A DNA stretch of 64,000 bases from Candidatus Doriopsillibacter californiensis (GTDB lineage: Bacteria; Pseudomonadota; Gammaproteobacteria; Tethybacterales; Persebacteraceae). The notes below the pieces were generated by a model. It was not told the origin of the DNA, searched no databases, and was given only the letters and a program-made list of their open reading frames with translations. Location: assembly GCA_030386295.1 (NCBI GenBank), contig JANQAO010000001.1:135546-199545 (forward strand), in the 5' to 3' direction. Below are positions 23,981-34,517 of this stretch, piece by piece; the stretch's first letter is position 1, and the number at the start of each line of letters is the position of its first letter. Both the position numbers and the translations under genes were made by a program.

Positions 23981-25195
23981 ATGAAAACCCCTATTTATTT
24001 TGATTATTCTGCGACTACGCCTGTTGATTCTCGTGTTGCCGAAAAAATGATGCAATGCCTTACAACCGAAGGAAATTTTGGTAATCCAGCCTCTCGGTCA
24101 CATGCTTTTGGTTGGGAAGCCGAAGAAGCCGTTGAAACCGCTCGCAAACAGGTCGCCACGCTTATCGGCGCTGATTCACGAGAAATTGTTTGGACTTCAG
24201 GAGCAACCGAATCTAACAATCTTGCTATTAAGGGGAGTGCTCATTTCAATCACAAAAAAGGCAAACACGTTATTACATTAAAAACCGAACATAAGGCGGT
24301 GCTGGACACGGTACGCGAACTAGAGCGGGAAGGGTTTGAGGCGACTTACCTAGAGCCGGAGACAAACGGCCTGTTAGATTTAAATAAACTTAAAGCGGTG
24401 ATTCGAGAAGATACTACTCTTATTTCCGTTATGTGGGTGAACAATGAAATCGGTGTTATTCAGCCTATCGCCGAAATCGGAAAAATTTGTCGTGAACGAG
24501 GTATTGTTTTTCACGTGGATGCGGCGCAAGCTCCGGGCAAAATTAAAATGAATGTCAATGACGCCAATATTGATTTATTATCACTGTGTGCGCACAAAGT
24601 GTACGGTCCTAAAGGTGTCGGCGCGCTGTACGTGCGGCGCAAACCGCGAGTACGTTTAGTAGCGCAAATACACGGCGGCGGTCATGAGCGTGGCATGCGT
24701 TCTGGCACTTTGCCAACACATCAACTAGTGGGCATGGGCGAGGCTTTTCGTTTGGCAGAAGAAGAATTTGAGGCCGAAAACGCCCGTGTGTTGGCGTTGC
24801 GTAATAAGCTGTTGCAGGGCGTGGAAAGCATGGAAGAAATTTATGTCAATGGTGATCTGGAACATCGGGTTGCACACAATCTCAACGTATCATTTAATTT
24901 TGTTGAAGGAGAATCATTGATTATGGCAATTAAAGACGTAGCCGTTTCCAGTGGTTCTGCCTGCACTTCAGCATCTCTAGAGCCGTCTTACGTGTTGCGG
25001 GCGTTGGGGCGAAACGACGAACTTGCCCATTCATCTATTCGCTTTACTATCGGACGTTTTACCACCGAAGAAGAAGTGGATTTTTTGATTGATTTGTTGC
25101 ACGACAAAATTCAGCGGTTGCGTGATTTGTCACCATTGTGGGAAATGCACAAAGAAGGTATTGATCTTGACACTGTGGAATGGGCGGCGCACTAA
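23981..25195 (+). CDS. iscS: Cysteine desulfurase IscS
   Basis: 404 aa with the SSGSACTS active-site Cys loop, a PLP Lys region ([18 protein letters not shown]) and the family C-terminus LSPLWEM..GIDL..VEWA.H. Confidence 0.9.
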   Translation: MKTPIYFDYSATTPVDSRVAEKMMQCLTTEGNFGNPASRSHAFGWEAEEAVETARKQVATLIGADSREIVWTSGATESNNLAIKGSAHFNHKKGKHVITLKTEHKAVLDTVRELEREGFEATYLEPETNGLLDLNKLKAVIREDTTLISVMWVNNEIGVIQPIAEIGKICRERGIVFHVDAAQAPGKIKMNVNDANIDLLSLCAHKVYGPKGVGALYVRRKPRVRLVAQIHGGGHERGMRSGTLPTHQLVGMGEAFRLAEEEFEAENARVLALRNKLLQGVESMEEIYVNGDLEHRVAHNLNVSFNFVEGESLIMAIKDVAVSSGSACTSASLEPSYVLRALGRNDELAHSSIRFTIGRFTTEEEVDFLIDLLHDKIQRLRDLSPLWEMHKEGIDLDTVEWAAH

Positions 25196-25356
25196 TTTTC
25201 CGTATGAGTTTGATCGTCCGTCACTCGTAAAGGTAGTCGCGGTAATCGACTACGGTTTCTCTGCGGCATCCTGTATGTCGTAGTCCTGTTTGTATTTTAC
25301 CGGACGTACAAAAGGTATCTTTCGTTACCAGATACCGAATAACTTGTGATGGTACG

Positions 25357-28047
25357 ATGAATTTTTTTTCGCATGAAAGCGGGCATAATTCGCTCATGCG
25401 CCTGCTCATTGTTGATGCCACGGGCTATTTATTTCGTGCATTTCACGCCATGGGAGACTTTCGTACCAAAGAAGGCGTGCCAACCGGTGCCATTTACGGC
25501 TTGGTGAACATGCTGGATAAATTGCAGCGAGATTGGCCGGCGCAGCGCGTTGCTTGTGTCATGGATGCGGCGGGCAAAACGTTTCGCCACAAGATGAGCA
25601 GTGATTACAAAGCTAATCGGCCGCCGCTCAATCCTGATTTGCGAACGCAAATAGAACCATCCAAACATTTTATTGCGGCGCTGGGTTGGCCGCTGCTGTG
25701 CGAAACCGGTGTAGAAGCGGATGATGTTATTGCTACCCTTGTCTTGCAAGGACAGGCTGCTGGTATGGAAGTTGTCATCGCTTCCGCCGACAAAGATCTC
25801 ATGCAACTAGTAAATGAAAAAGTAAGCCTTTTTGACGGATTCAAAGATAAGTCGTACGATAGTGATGGTGTGCGGGAGAAATTTGGCGTATTGCCAGAGC
25901 AAATGGCCGATTATTTGGCGCTCACGGGCGATTCATCGGACAACATTCGTGGCGTTACCAAGGTCGGCGCCAAAACGGCGGCTAAGTGGCTTAACATCTA
26001 TAGTTCACTGGATAATCTTATCTCCCACGCTGATGAAATTAAAGGTGTTGTTGGTGATAATCTGCGAACGGCTATTACTGATGGCACATTGGATTTGGCA
26101 CGACGGTTAGTCACGCTCAAGACTGATGTGCCGTTACCGAGCCGAGCCGATTCTCTATCACCACGCCCTCCTGACGCGACACGTTGGCGGGAATTGTGTA
26201 CACAATATGAATTTCGCCACTTTGCGGCGCTGACGGAAACGACAACACTTAGTGCTCGTGCCGTTGTGAAAACAATTACGACAATTACCGAATTGCAAGC
26301 ATGGGTAGATGCGGCACGTCGCAATCGGGCTGTAGCATTAGATACCGAAACTGATGGCTCACCAGTTATGCAGGCCACATTGGTGGGGTTTTCGCTGGCA
26401 TTGGACGATAACCGTGCCGCGTATGTGCCGCTGGCGCATCGTGTTGAGCTGGGAAGCGACAGCACGCAATTGGCCATTAAAACGACACTGGCAATATTAA
26501 AACCGTTACTTGAAGACAAAAACACAGTAAAAATTTTTCACAACGCAAAGTACGATTTGCATGTTTTGGCTAATTACAATTTGCAAGTGTGTGGCGTGGT
26601 GGAAGACACCAAAGTTGCCGCTTATGTGCTATCGCCGGACAAGGCAACGAATATGGACGCACTGGCTGCTCATTACTTGGATATTAAAACCGTTAGTTAC
26701 CGTGATGTAGTGGATGGCAAAACACTTAAGCATTTTTCCCAAACCGATATTGAAACTGCCAGCCGCTATGCCGCCGAAGATGCCGAAGTCACTTGGAAAT
26801 TACGTAAGCCAATTATTGACGGCTTAACCGGCAACCAAGCGGATGTGTATAAAAATATTGACCGGCCACTCATCGGCGTGCTGATGGAGGTAGAGCGTGC
26901 TGGTGTGCGGCTTGATGAGGCGGCGCTCAACAATTTTGCCAACGCTATGCGGGCGCGCATGAAAGAATTAGAAACAGAAGCGCATCGTGCTGCCGGCGAA
27001 CCATTCAACCTTAATTCACCGCGTCAACTAGAGACGTTGTTGTTCGACAAACTTAAGGCTTTGCCTTTGCGTAAAACCACGGGCGGTAAGGCGCGTTCCA
27101 CCAACCAAGTGACGTTGGAAAAATTAGCGGCGGATTATCCGTTGGCGCGGATTGTGCTGGAATATCGCGGGCTGGCCAAACTTACCGGCACATATGCCGA
27201 AAAACTACCGCGCATGATTAATCCAAATACTAAACGAGTACATACCGATTTCAATCAGACTTGGGTGATTACCGGACGAGTATCTTCCTCAACACCTAAT
27301 CTGCAAAATATTCCCATTCGCACAGCAGAGGGGCGGCGTATCCGTCAGGCATTTGTGGCATCGCCGGGCGCACTCATCATTAGCGCTGATTATTCACAAA
27401 TTGAATTGCGAATCATGGCGCATATCGCCAATGATGCCGCATTAATTGATGCGTTTGCCGCTGATGCTGACATTCATCGGCGCACGGCAGCGGAAATTTT
27501 TGGCATTGCCGAAAATGCGGTTAGCGGTGAGCAGCGGCGCGCTGCCAAAGCAATTAATTTTGGGCTCATCTATGGCATGTCGGCATTTGGTTTGTCGCGC
27601 AGCATAGATGCTACACGCGAGCAGGCTCAACACTACATAGACCGTTATTTCAGCCGTTATCCGCAAGTAGCAAAATTTATGGCGCAAACTCGTGCCTGCG
27701 CGATGGAACAAGGCTTTGTAGAAACTTTGTTTGGTCGCCGTATTCCGACACTTGCCGGCGTTGACAGGCAGGCGGCGGAGCGTGCCGCCATCAACGCTCC
27801 CATGCAAGGCAGTGCTGCTGACATTATCAAACTTGCGATGTTAGCAACCCACCAGTGGTTGCACGGCAACAATATGCAAACGCGCATAATTTTGCAAGTG
27901 CACGATGAATTGGTGCTGGAAGCGCCAAAGACAGAAGTGGATGAAGTGTTAGAAAAACTACCATCAATTATGTGCGGTGTTGTTGAACTGCGCGTACCAT
28001 TGAAAGTGAGTATTAGCGCTGGTAAAAATTGGGATATTGCACATTAA
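25357..28047 (+). CDS. polA: DNA polymerase I
   Basis: 5'-3' exonuclease, 3'-5' exonuclease and family-A polymerase domains (motifs A and B, RRAAKAINFGLIYG, QVHDELVLE). The start may be the internal Met at about 25396. Confidence 0.95.
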   Translation: MNFFSHESGHNSLMRLLIVDATGYLFRAFHAMGDFRTKEGVPTGAIYGLVNMLDKLQRDWPAQRVACVMDAAGKTFRHKMSSDYKANRPPLNPDLRTQIEPSKHFIAALGWPLLCETGVEADDVIATLVLQGQAAGMEVVIASADKDLMQLVNEKVSLFDGFKDKSYDSDGVREKFGVLPEQMADYLALTGDSSDNIRGVTKVGAKTAAKWLNIYSSLDNLISHADEIKGVVGDNLRTAITDGTLDLARRLVTLKTDVPLPSRADSLSPRPPDATRWRELCTQYEFRHFAALTETTTLSARAVVKTITTITELQAWVDAARRNRAVALDTETDGSPVMQATLVGFSLALDDNRAAYVPLAHRVELGSDSTQLAIKTTLAILKPLLEDKNTVKIFHNAKYDLHVLANYNLQVCGVVEDTKVAAYVLSPDKATNMDALAAHYLDIKTVSYRDVVDGKTLKHFSQTDIETASRYAAEDAEVTWKLRKPIIDGLTGNQADVYKNIDRPLIGVLMEVERAGVRLDEAALNNFANAMRARMKELETEAHRAAGEPFNLNSPRQLETLLFDKLKALPLRKTTGGKARSTNQVTLEKLAADYPLARIVLEYRGLAKLTGTYAEKLPRMINPNTKRVHTDFNQTWVITGRVSSSTPNLQNIPIRTAEGRRIRQAFVASPGALIISADYSQIELRIMAHIANDAALIDAFAADADIHRRTAAEIFGIAENAVSGEQRRAAKAINFGLIYGMSAFGLSRSIDATREQAQHYIDRYFSRYPQVAKFMAQTRACAMEQGFVETLFGRRIPTLAGVDRQAAERAAINAPMQGSAADIIKLAMLATHQWLHGNNMQTRIILQVHDELVLEAPKTEVDEVLEKLPSIMCGVVELRVPLKVSISAGKNWDIAH

Positions 28048-28282
28048 AGACGTTGTGTGTGACATCAGAAAATGCCACAGATAATGTTAAATAAACGAGT
28101 GAAAAGATAAAAAGATAATGCAGTTACGAATTTTAGAGGCCTATTGCAACATGCCGTTGATTAAGTCGTTTTCTCGCTAATCTATCGATCACATTCCTGC
28201 GCTACCAAACACAATGTTAAAATGCACCTCTTATTATTTGGTCAACTTACCGTTAACTCCCATACTAGATGGAAAACTATAA

Positions 28283-29437
28283 ATGATTCGTAAAAAATTA
28301 ATTACCCTATTATTGTGTTTGTCATTTCCAGCAGCTGCGGCACCGCCATTGCCAGAAATTGAATCGGAATCGTATATCTTAATGGATGCCGATACGGGAG
28401 TTGTGCTGGCCGAAAAAAATCCCGACTTGCGGTTGCCACCAGCGTCCTTAACCAAAATCATGACCGCGTATGCGGGCTTTAAGGCAATTTCCGAAGGACG
28501 TGCCGAATTGCAGCAACAGGTACGAGTATCACGTAATGCTTGGGCACAAAGTGTTGCGGGTTCAAAGATGTTTTTAGAGGTAGACACTGATGTGCGCATT
28601 GAAGAATTATTGAGAGGTATCATTATTCAATCTGGTAATGATGCTTCCATTGCCTTGGCAGAATCGCTTGTCGGTGATGAAGCTGCTTTCGCACAGTGGA
28701 TGAATGAGCAGGCGGAAAAGTTAGAGTTGAAAAATAGTCATTTTGTCAACGCTACGGGTTTGCCGGACGAGCAGCATTATTCTTCTGCACGAGATATGGC
28801 ATTGCTGGTGCGTCGCACTGTGTTGGATTTTCCGGACTTTTATAAAATGTACGCCGAGCCGGAGTACACCTACAACAACATTCGCCAAGAAAATCGCAAC
28901 GGACTGCTTGATAGTTTTGCTGGCGCTGACGGCGTTAAAACCGGTTATACCAAGGCGGCCGGTTATTGTCTGGCAGCATCTGCAGTGCGCAACGGACAGC
29001 GCTTAATTTCAGTGGTAATGAAAACTGCATCCATCCGTAAGCGTGAAATTGCCAGCAGCAAGTTGTTAGCATATGGATTCAACCATTTCAAACAAGAGCG
29101 CCCTTTTGACGACAAAAAAACGCGCAAATTACCTGTGGCAGAGGGAGTTGAGAAAATGGTTACAGCAAAGCCGACCGTTCCGGTACTAATGACCATAGAG
29201 CGTGGGCAGAAAGTGAAAGCTTTATTTCATCCGGTTACTCCGCTAATTGCTCCTATCAATAAAGACATGGTGGTGGGCTTTATTGAAATTAGTGTGGATA
29301 ATGCGGTGGTGGGTACCGTCACTGTGGCGGCGGTAACAGATGTGGCAGCGGTAGGACGGTTCAAACGGTGGGCTGATATTGCCAAAAGTTATTTTTCAGG
29401 GGATAAAGATCATGACTTTGTGTTATCTGAATGGTGA
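28283..29437 (+). CDS. dacA: D-alanyl-D-alanine carboxypeptidase (PBP5/6 family) with signal peptide
   Basis: SLTK (SxxK) active-site motif, SGN and KTG triads, and an N-terminal signal peptide. Confidence 0.85.
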   Translation: MIRKKLITLLLCLSFPAAAAPPLPEIESESYILMDADTGVVLAEKNPDLRLPPASLTKIMTAYAGFKAISEGRAELQQQVRVSRNAWAQSVAGSKMFLEVDTDVRIEELLRGIIIQSGNDASIALAESLVGDEAAFAQWMNEQAEKLELKNSHFVNATGLPDEQHYSSARDMALLVRRTVLDFPDFYKMYAEPEYTYNNIRQENRNGLLDSFAGADGVKTGYTKAAGYCLAASAVRNGQRLISVVMKTASIRKREIASSKLLAYGFNHFKQERPFDDKKTRKLPVAEGVEKMVTAKPTVPVLMTIERGQKVKALFHPVTPLIAPINKDMVVGFIEISVDNAVVGTVTVAAVTDVAAVGRFKRWADIAKSYFSGDKDHDFVLSEW

Positions 29438-30263
29438 AATTGAGCATCTGAAAGACGCACGAGTATCGGTTTTAGATCGCGGTTTTCTTTTTGGTGATGG
29501 TGTGTATGAAGTGGTGCCCGTATATGCGGGCAAGCCGTTTTACTGGGAGCGGCACATGGAGCGGCTGGCGCGGAGCTTAAAAAAAACCGGAATTGAAGCC
29601 AAAACGGAGTTATTAGAGCAGTCCGTACAAGAGCTTATTTCCCGTGCTGACAGCGACTATCTAGCATTGTATATCCAGATTACCCGTGGTGCAGCGGCAA
29701 CAAGAAAACACTTTTTTCCCCGCCCTGCTCCTTCGCCTACGGTGTTTATGATGGCCACGCCGCTAGCGCCGGTAGCAGCGGAAAAAATTCAAAACGGCGT
29801 TTGTTGCAGAAGTGAAAAAGATTTTCGTTGGCAGCGCGGTGATATTAAATCCATATCGTTGTTGGGTGCTGTGCTTGTCTCTGAAGAAGCGACTGCTGGC
29901 GGTTATGAAGAAACAATATTTGTGCGCGACGGTGTAGTCACTGAAGCGGCCGCCTGTAATATTATTGTCGTACAAGATAAAAATCATGTTGTCACACCGG
30001 TTGCTGATGAACGTATTTTGCGCGGTATTACTCGCGACGTTGTACTGGAGATTGCGCGCAGTCTGGATATTGAGGTAGTGGAGCGAGACGTCACGCGCGC
30101 TGAATTGGCGGTAGCGCCCGAAGTTTGGATTACGTCTTCTACTCGCGAAGTGCTACCGGTGACAGAATTAGACGGAGTCGCTATTGGGAGTGGAAAACCG
30201 GGTGCGGTTTTTCAAAAAGTGTATGCGGCGTTGCGACGGCATATTGAAAATGGGGGCTTTTGA
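29412..30263 (+). CDS. Class IV aminotransferase (D-amino-acid / branched-chain type)
   Basis: Fold-type IV PLP enzyme with catalytic Lys region and E..RG...DGVYE pattern. The start was chosen at the internal Met (the ORF track gives 29379). Confidence 0.7.
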   Translation: MTLCYLNGEIEHLKDARVSVLDRGFLFGDGVYEVVPVYAGKPFYWERHMERLARSLKKTGIEAKTELLEQSVQELISRADSDYLALYIQITRGAAATRKHFFPRPAPSPTVFMMATPLAPVAAEKIQNGVCCRSEKDFRWQRGDIKSISLLGAVLVSEEATAGGYEETIFVRDGVVTEAAACNIIVVQDKNHVVTPVADERILRGITRDVVLEIARSLDIEVVERDVTRAELAVAPEVWITSSTREVLPVTELDGVAIGSGKPGAVFQKVYAALRRHIENGGF

Positions 30264-31086
30264 TATTTCTTTGAGCGAACAAGTCACAGTAGATGTGGTG
30301 GCGGCATTGAAAGAAGATGTGGGTAGCGGTGATATTAGCGCTCCGTTGGCACTGGAGAATGAGCGGCGTTGTGGTGTGCTTTATGCCCGCCAAGAAGCCG
30401 TGTTTTGCGGGCAGTCGTGGTTTGAGGCGTGTTTTTGTCAATTAGATGATAAAGCCATTTTTGACTGGCGGCTACAAGACGGGGAGCAGCTGTCATCGGA
30501 TATCGTTGTGTGCGAAGTGCAGGCACAAATTCGTGCCTTGCTAGCGGCGGAACGTAGTGCGCTTAATTTTGTTCAAACGTTGTCAGCGACAGCAACTCTC
30601 ACTCATCGCTGGCAGGCGCTTGTGGGCGATGTTGTCATTACCGATACCCGAAAAACATTGCCCGGCCTACGGGTGGCACAAAAATATGCGGTGCGAGTAG
30701 GCAGTGGTACTAATCATCGCATGGGCTTGTTTGACGAAATTCTCATCAAAGAAAATCATATCGCTGCGGCAGGCGGCATAAAAGCGGCGCTGACAAAAGC
30801 GTGCACGCTGACGGATATAAAAAATATTCAAATTGAAGTTCGTTCGCTTGCTGATTTGGACATCGCCTTAGCGGCGGGTGCGCGCCGTGTGTTGTTAGAT
30901 AATTTTTCTTTGCCGTTGCTGAAAGATGCCGTGCAGCGGTGTAGTGGACAAGCCGAACTGGAAGCTTCTGGCAATGTCACAGAAGATAAACTTGCCGCTA
31001 TAGCTGCTACGGGCGTGCATCGAATTTCTGTCGGCGCGCTTACTAAAAATGTGCAGGCCGTTGATTTTTCTTTTCTGATTAACTAA
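30250..31086 (+). CDS. nadC: Nicotinate-nucleotide pyrophosphorylase (carboxylating)
   Basis: QPRTase family, about 279 aa from the internal Met. The ORF-track start is at 30184. Confidence 0.85.
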   Translation: MGAFDISLSEQVTVDVVAALKEDVGSGDISAPLALENERRCGVLYARQEAVFCGQSWFEACFCQLDDKAIFDWRLQDGEQLSSDIVVCEVQAQIRALLAAERSALNFVQTLSATATLTHRWQALVGDVVITDTRKTLPGLRVAQKYAVRVGSGTNHRMGLFDEILIKENHIAAAGGIKAALTKACTLTDIKNIQIEVRSLADLDIALAAGARRVLLDNFSLPLLKDAVQRCSGQAELEASGNVTEDKLAAIAATGVHRISVGALTKNVQAVDFSFLIN

Positions 31087-31204
31087 TTAATGGCGAGTTA
31101 TTTTGAAGACACTGTTTTTCCAAAATATGGATTGTTATCTTGTTTTACATTAAAAATCTATGTTTTCAAAATAGTGCTTCGTAATAAACGAAATAAAATA
31201 TTGA

Positions 31205-32233
31205 TTAGTTGGGGATAGAATAATCTACGTTTTCACCGGCTTCCAATAATTCGCGGCGACGTTCGCGTAGATAAGCGCTATAAGTTGGGTAAGCTTTGCG
31301 CCCGCCGATGGTCACGTAGCGTACCGCCTCGCGGAAATGATAATGATTTAACAAACCAGTGATACGAAAAATTTCCGCACCCATTTCATCAAAAAAAACA
31401 ACGCCAGGGCGGTAATGTAAATTTAAATCTGCTGCAAATTGTCGGGCCGTCGTCTTTTTTCCTGATGGTGTGATGAGTGGCGCATCCGATAACGCATCCA
31501 CCCGCGCCACCGTTAGTTGTTGCATCTGTTCTCGCACGTCAACAAGATTCAAAATATTATCGTGTAGCCAGTTACAGCCATGACAATTATTATCTTCTAC
31601 TAATACCATGAGCGGATGATGACGGACAGATAAATCATCGTTTTTGGTAAAGAGTGGGTCATCACGTAAATGGTACACCGGTTCGCTTGTGTCGCGTACA
31701 CGGTAATCGTTATAGGACATGGTTTTGTAGGCGCCGTTGTGGACGTATTCTAGCGCTTGCCTTAGTGCCGGCGGCGAACGGTAGCCGTTAATTTCCAGTA
31801 CGGTATTGCCGTTGGCGGCCATAAATAACAAAGTAGGAGTGTATTGTACGTTTGCATAACGGGCGTACTTTTTTTCAGTCATGGTATTGCCGTTGATAGT
31901 CACTTCTCGAGCACCACGAATGTTAATGTCCACGATGTCAAAATGAGAGCGGCTAAAAATTTGATTGGCGGCACCATCAGCAAATGAGTCTTCTAGCATT
32001 TTGGCACAATAAGGACAATCTTTTAGATGAAAAAATACCAACAAATGACGTCCTGCTAGTGCTGCTTCAGCGGAGTCTTCGTTAATGTCCAAAAAACTGT
32101 CTTTAAACCAATTAGGAATATCGTAATTTTTTGTTCCTATGATACGTCCGTCGGCGTGACCTCCTATCGTAACGGTGAACAGAGCTATAACGGCAAACAG
32201 CCGTTGCAGAGATAAAAAATTATGGGCGTTCAT
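31205..32233 (-). CDS. Secreted thioredoxin-fold protein with two Trx-like modules (CPYC and CHGC motifs)
   Basis: N-terminal signal peptide and two CxxC motifs within thioredoxin-like contexts. 342 aa. Confidence 0.55.
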   Translation of the reverse strand: MNAHNFLSLQRLFAVIALFTVTIGGHADGRIIGTKNYDIPNWFKDSFLDINEDSAEAALAGRHLLVFFHLKDCPYCAKMLEDSFADGAANQIFSRSHFDIVDINIRGAREVTINGNTMTEKKYARYANVQYTPTLLFMAANGNTVLEINGYRSPPALRQALEYVHNGAYKTMSYNDYRVRDTSEPVYHLRDDPLFTKNDDLSVRHHPLMVLVEDNNCHGCNWLHDNILNLVDVREQMQQLTVARVDALSDAPLITPSGKKTTARQFAADLNLHYRPGVVFFDEMGAEIFRITGLLNHYHFREAVRYVTIGGRKAYPTYSAYLRERRRELLEAGENVDYSIPN

Positions 32234-32612
32234 TTTAATTTTGCTTGCCGATATTGCTTATCATTGATATTTGATTTTTTTGATTAGGAGAAAAAATAAA
32301 TATACACGTTTTCAACGTGGCATAAAAATTATGTTGACTCAAATATAAAGTAAAAAGTGACGATGTTTTGTATTATTGCTTCTTGCCTTATGGCGCAGTT
32401 TTTAGCTGTTTTTGAATATCCAGTAAGGTGTTGTATTTGTTAACTGCCATAGCTGTCTATAATATAAAAAATCTGTTTCAATTTTAGATATTAAAGATAA
32501 TCGCATTAAAATATTTTGCAGCTTAAATAACATCGTTTCTGTTACAGTGTCTGTGCGCAGAAAAATTTATTGGCTACGTTTTTTATCTTGAAAGTTAGTA
32601 AAATCATAAAAA

Positions 32613-34175
32613 ATGAAAATAACTGTTCCCGACATCGGCGATTTTCAAGATATAGCCGTTATTGAAGTGTTAGTGCAACCGGGCGATACCGTTGCTGTTG
32701 AAACCTCACTGCTTACCTTGGAATCGGACAAAGCTACTATGGAGGTGCCGTCTCCAGTTGCTGGGCGAATTGCCGCTGTGCATGTGAAAGCAGGTGACAA
32801 AGTTAGTATGGGCTCCCACATTGTTGATTTGGAAGATGCTGCCACGTCAAGCTCGGAAACGAAAAGTCCCGTGGGGGAGTCTGTAGTTCCTGTATCGCCG
32901 CCGCCCGCCGCATCAACATCAGGAGAAGTAATGGAAGTGCGAGTGCCGGATATTGGTGATTTTAATGATGTAGCGATTATTGAAGTATTAGTGCAGCCGG
33001 GCGATGCCATTGTCGCAGAGGCTCCGTTGCTTACCTTAGAATCGGACAAAGCAACCATGGAGGTGCCGGCGCCTTTTGCTGGCATAGTGCAAGAAGTGCT
33101 AGTTAAAACCGGAATCAAGATCAACATGGGTGACTTAATTGCTCGCGTTACCGTCACCGATGCGCCTATTATTGCTCTGCAAGTAGCTGAAGAGCCGCCC
33201 ATATCACCGGCACCATCGGGGCCTGTTCCGGAATTGCGCAATGCGCCTCTACCGCCGGTAGTGGAGCCTGCAATCAGCAGTAAGCCTCACGCCAGCCCTT
33301 CTGTTCGCCGTTTTGCGCGTGAGTTGAGCGCGGATTTGAGTAAAATTAAAGGCAGCGGTCCGCGTGGGCGTATTCTCAAAAGTGATGTACAAGCTTACGT
33401 AAAAGCAGTACTAAAAAGTGGTGACGAAAGCAGTGGTCGCGGCTTACCTAAAGTGCCACCGATTGATTTCTCGCAATTTGGCGATATTGAGTTGCACCCA
33501 CTGTCGCGTATTCGCCAGTTATCCTCCAGCTATCTGCACCGTAATTGGGTAGTTGCGCCGCACGTAACACAGTTTATTGAAGCCGACATTACCGACATGG
33601 AAGATTTCCGCCAATCGCTTGCCGAGGAAGCAAAAAAAGAGGGCTATCGTATGACACCGCTGGCCTTTTTTATTCGCGCGGCAGTCATGGCACTTAAACA
33701 ATTCCCGCATTTCAACGCTTCTCTGCACGAAGATGAAAAATGTTTGGTGTACAAAAAATATTTCAATATTGGCGTGGCGGTAGACACTCCCAGCGGTTTG
33801 CTGGTGCCGGTGTTGCGCAATGCTGATAAAAAAGGGCTCGCTGATATTGCCCGTGAGTTGGCAGAAATCAGCGCTCGTGCCCGTGAAGGAAAAATTAAAG
33901 CTGAAGAAATGCAAGGCGGTTGTTTTACCATTTCGTCACTGGGTGGTATTGGTGGTTTGTTTTTTACTCCGATACTGAATTTGCCAGAGGTAGCAATTTT
34001 GGGGGTGTCACGCGCCGCCACACGCCCGCATTGGGACGGCAAGGCGTTTGTACCGCGCTTGATGCTACCATTGTCATTGTCATATGATCACCGGGTTATA
34101 GATGGTGCTGATGGTGCTCGCTTTATCATGTATTATTCTGAGTTATTGAGTGATATTCGGCGACTGGCACTGTAA
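32613..34175 (+). CDS. aceF: Dihydrolipoamide acyltransferase (E2) with two lipoyl domains, a subunit-binding domain and a catalytic domain; aceF-like but orphan
   Basis: Two ESDKATMEVP lipoyl-Lys motifs, a subunit-binding region and the C-terminal DHRVIDGADGARF catalytic motif. No E1 or E3 gene is nearby. Confidence 0.85.
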   Translation: MKITVPDIGDFQDIAVIEVLVQPGDTVAVETSLLTLESDKATMEVPSPVAGRIAAVHVKAGDKVSMGSHIVDLEDAATSSSETKSPVGESVVPVSPPPAASTSGEVMEVRVPDIGDFNDVAIIEVLVQPGDAIVAEAPLLTLESDKATMEVPAPFAGIVQEVLVKTGIKINMGDLIARVTVTDAPIIALQVAEEPPISPAPSGPVPELRNAPLPPVVEPAISSKPHASPSVRRFARELSADLSKIKGSGPRGRILKSDVQAYVKAVLKSGDESSGRGLPKVPPIDFSQFGDIELHPLSRIRQLSSSYLHRNWVVAPHVTQFIEADITDMEDFRQSLAEEAKKEGYRMTPLAFFIRAAVMALKQFPHFNASLHEDEKCLVYKKYFNIGVAVDTPSGLLVPVLRNADKKGLADIARELAEISARAREGKIKAEEMQGGCFTISSLGGIGGLFFTPILNLPEVAILGVSRAATRPHWDGKAFVPRLMLPLSLSYDHRVIDGADGARFIMYYSELLSDIRRLAL

Positions 34176-34517
34176 ACAACAAGGTGGACGGGAGGTGTTG
34201 TCGCAACCATCAGTCATACAACTCAATGGAGCGTTATTAAAATCAATTATGGAGACAAATTCGTGACTACGTACGCAACCGTAGTGCCATGTTATAGTTA
34301 TGAACCAGTTCGGAAAAATCTTCTATGCAGATTAACCAGCTAACCGAAAGCAAACAAAAAACCACCAGCTCGTGGGGTTTTCTAATTAAATGTATTTGAC
34401 ATGCTTTCTCAAAGGTGCCGGCGGAGTGTCAGCACACGGCAACCAGAATTCTAAGTTGAACGCTAACTGCCGAGTTGACTCTCCTGACCCGTACCGCCGA
34501 TAAATAGCACTTTCGCT

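Noticed and set aside
32645-33241. 198-aa minus-strand ORF rich in Ser/Thr/Gly/Ala
   Set aside because: It is antisense to the lipoyl-domain and linker region of the E2 gene. The composition mirrors the Ala/Pro-rich linkers and it is not an independent gene.
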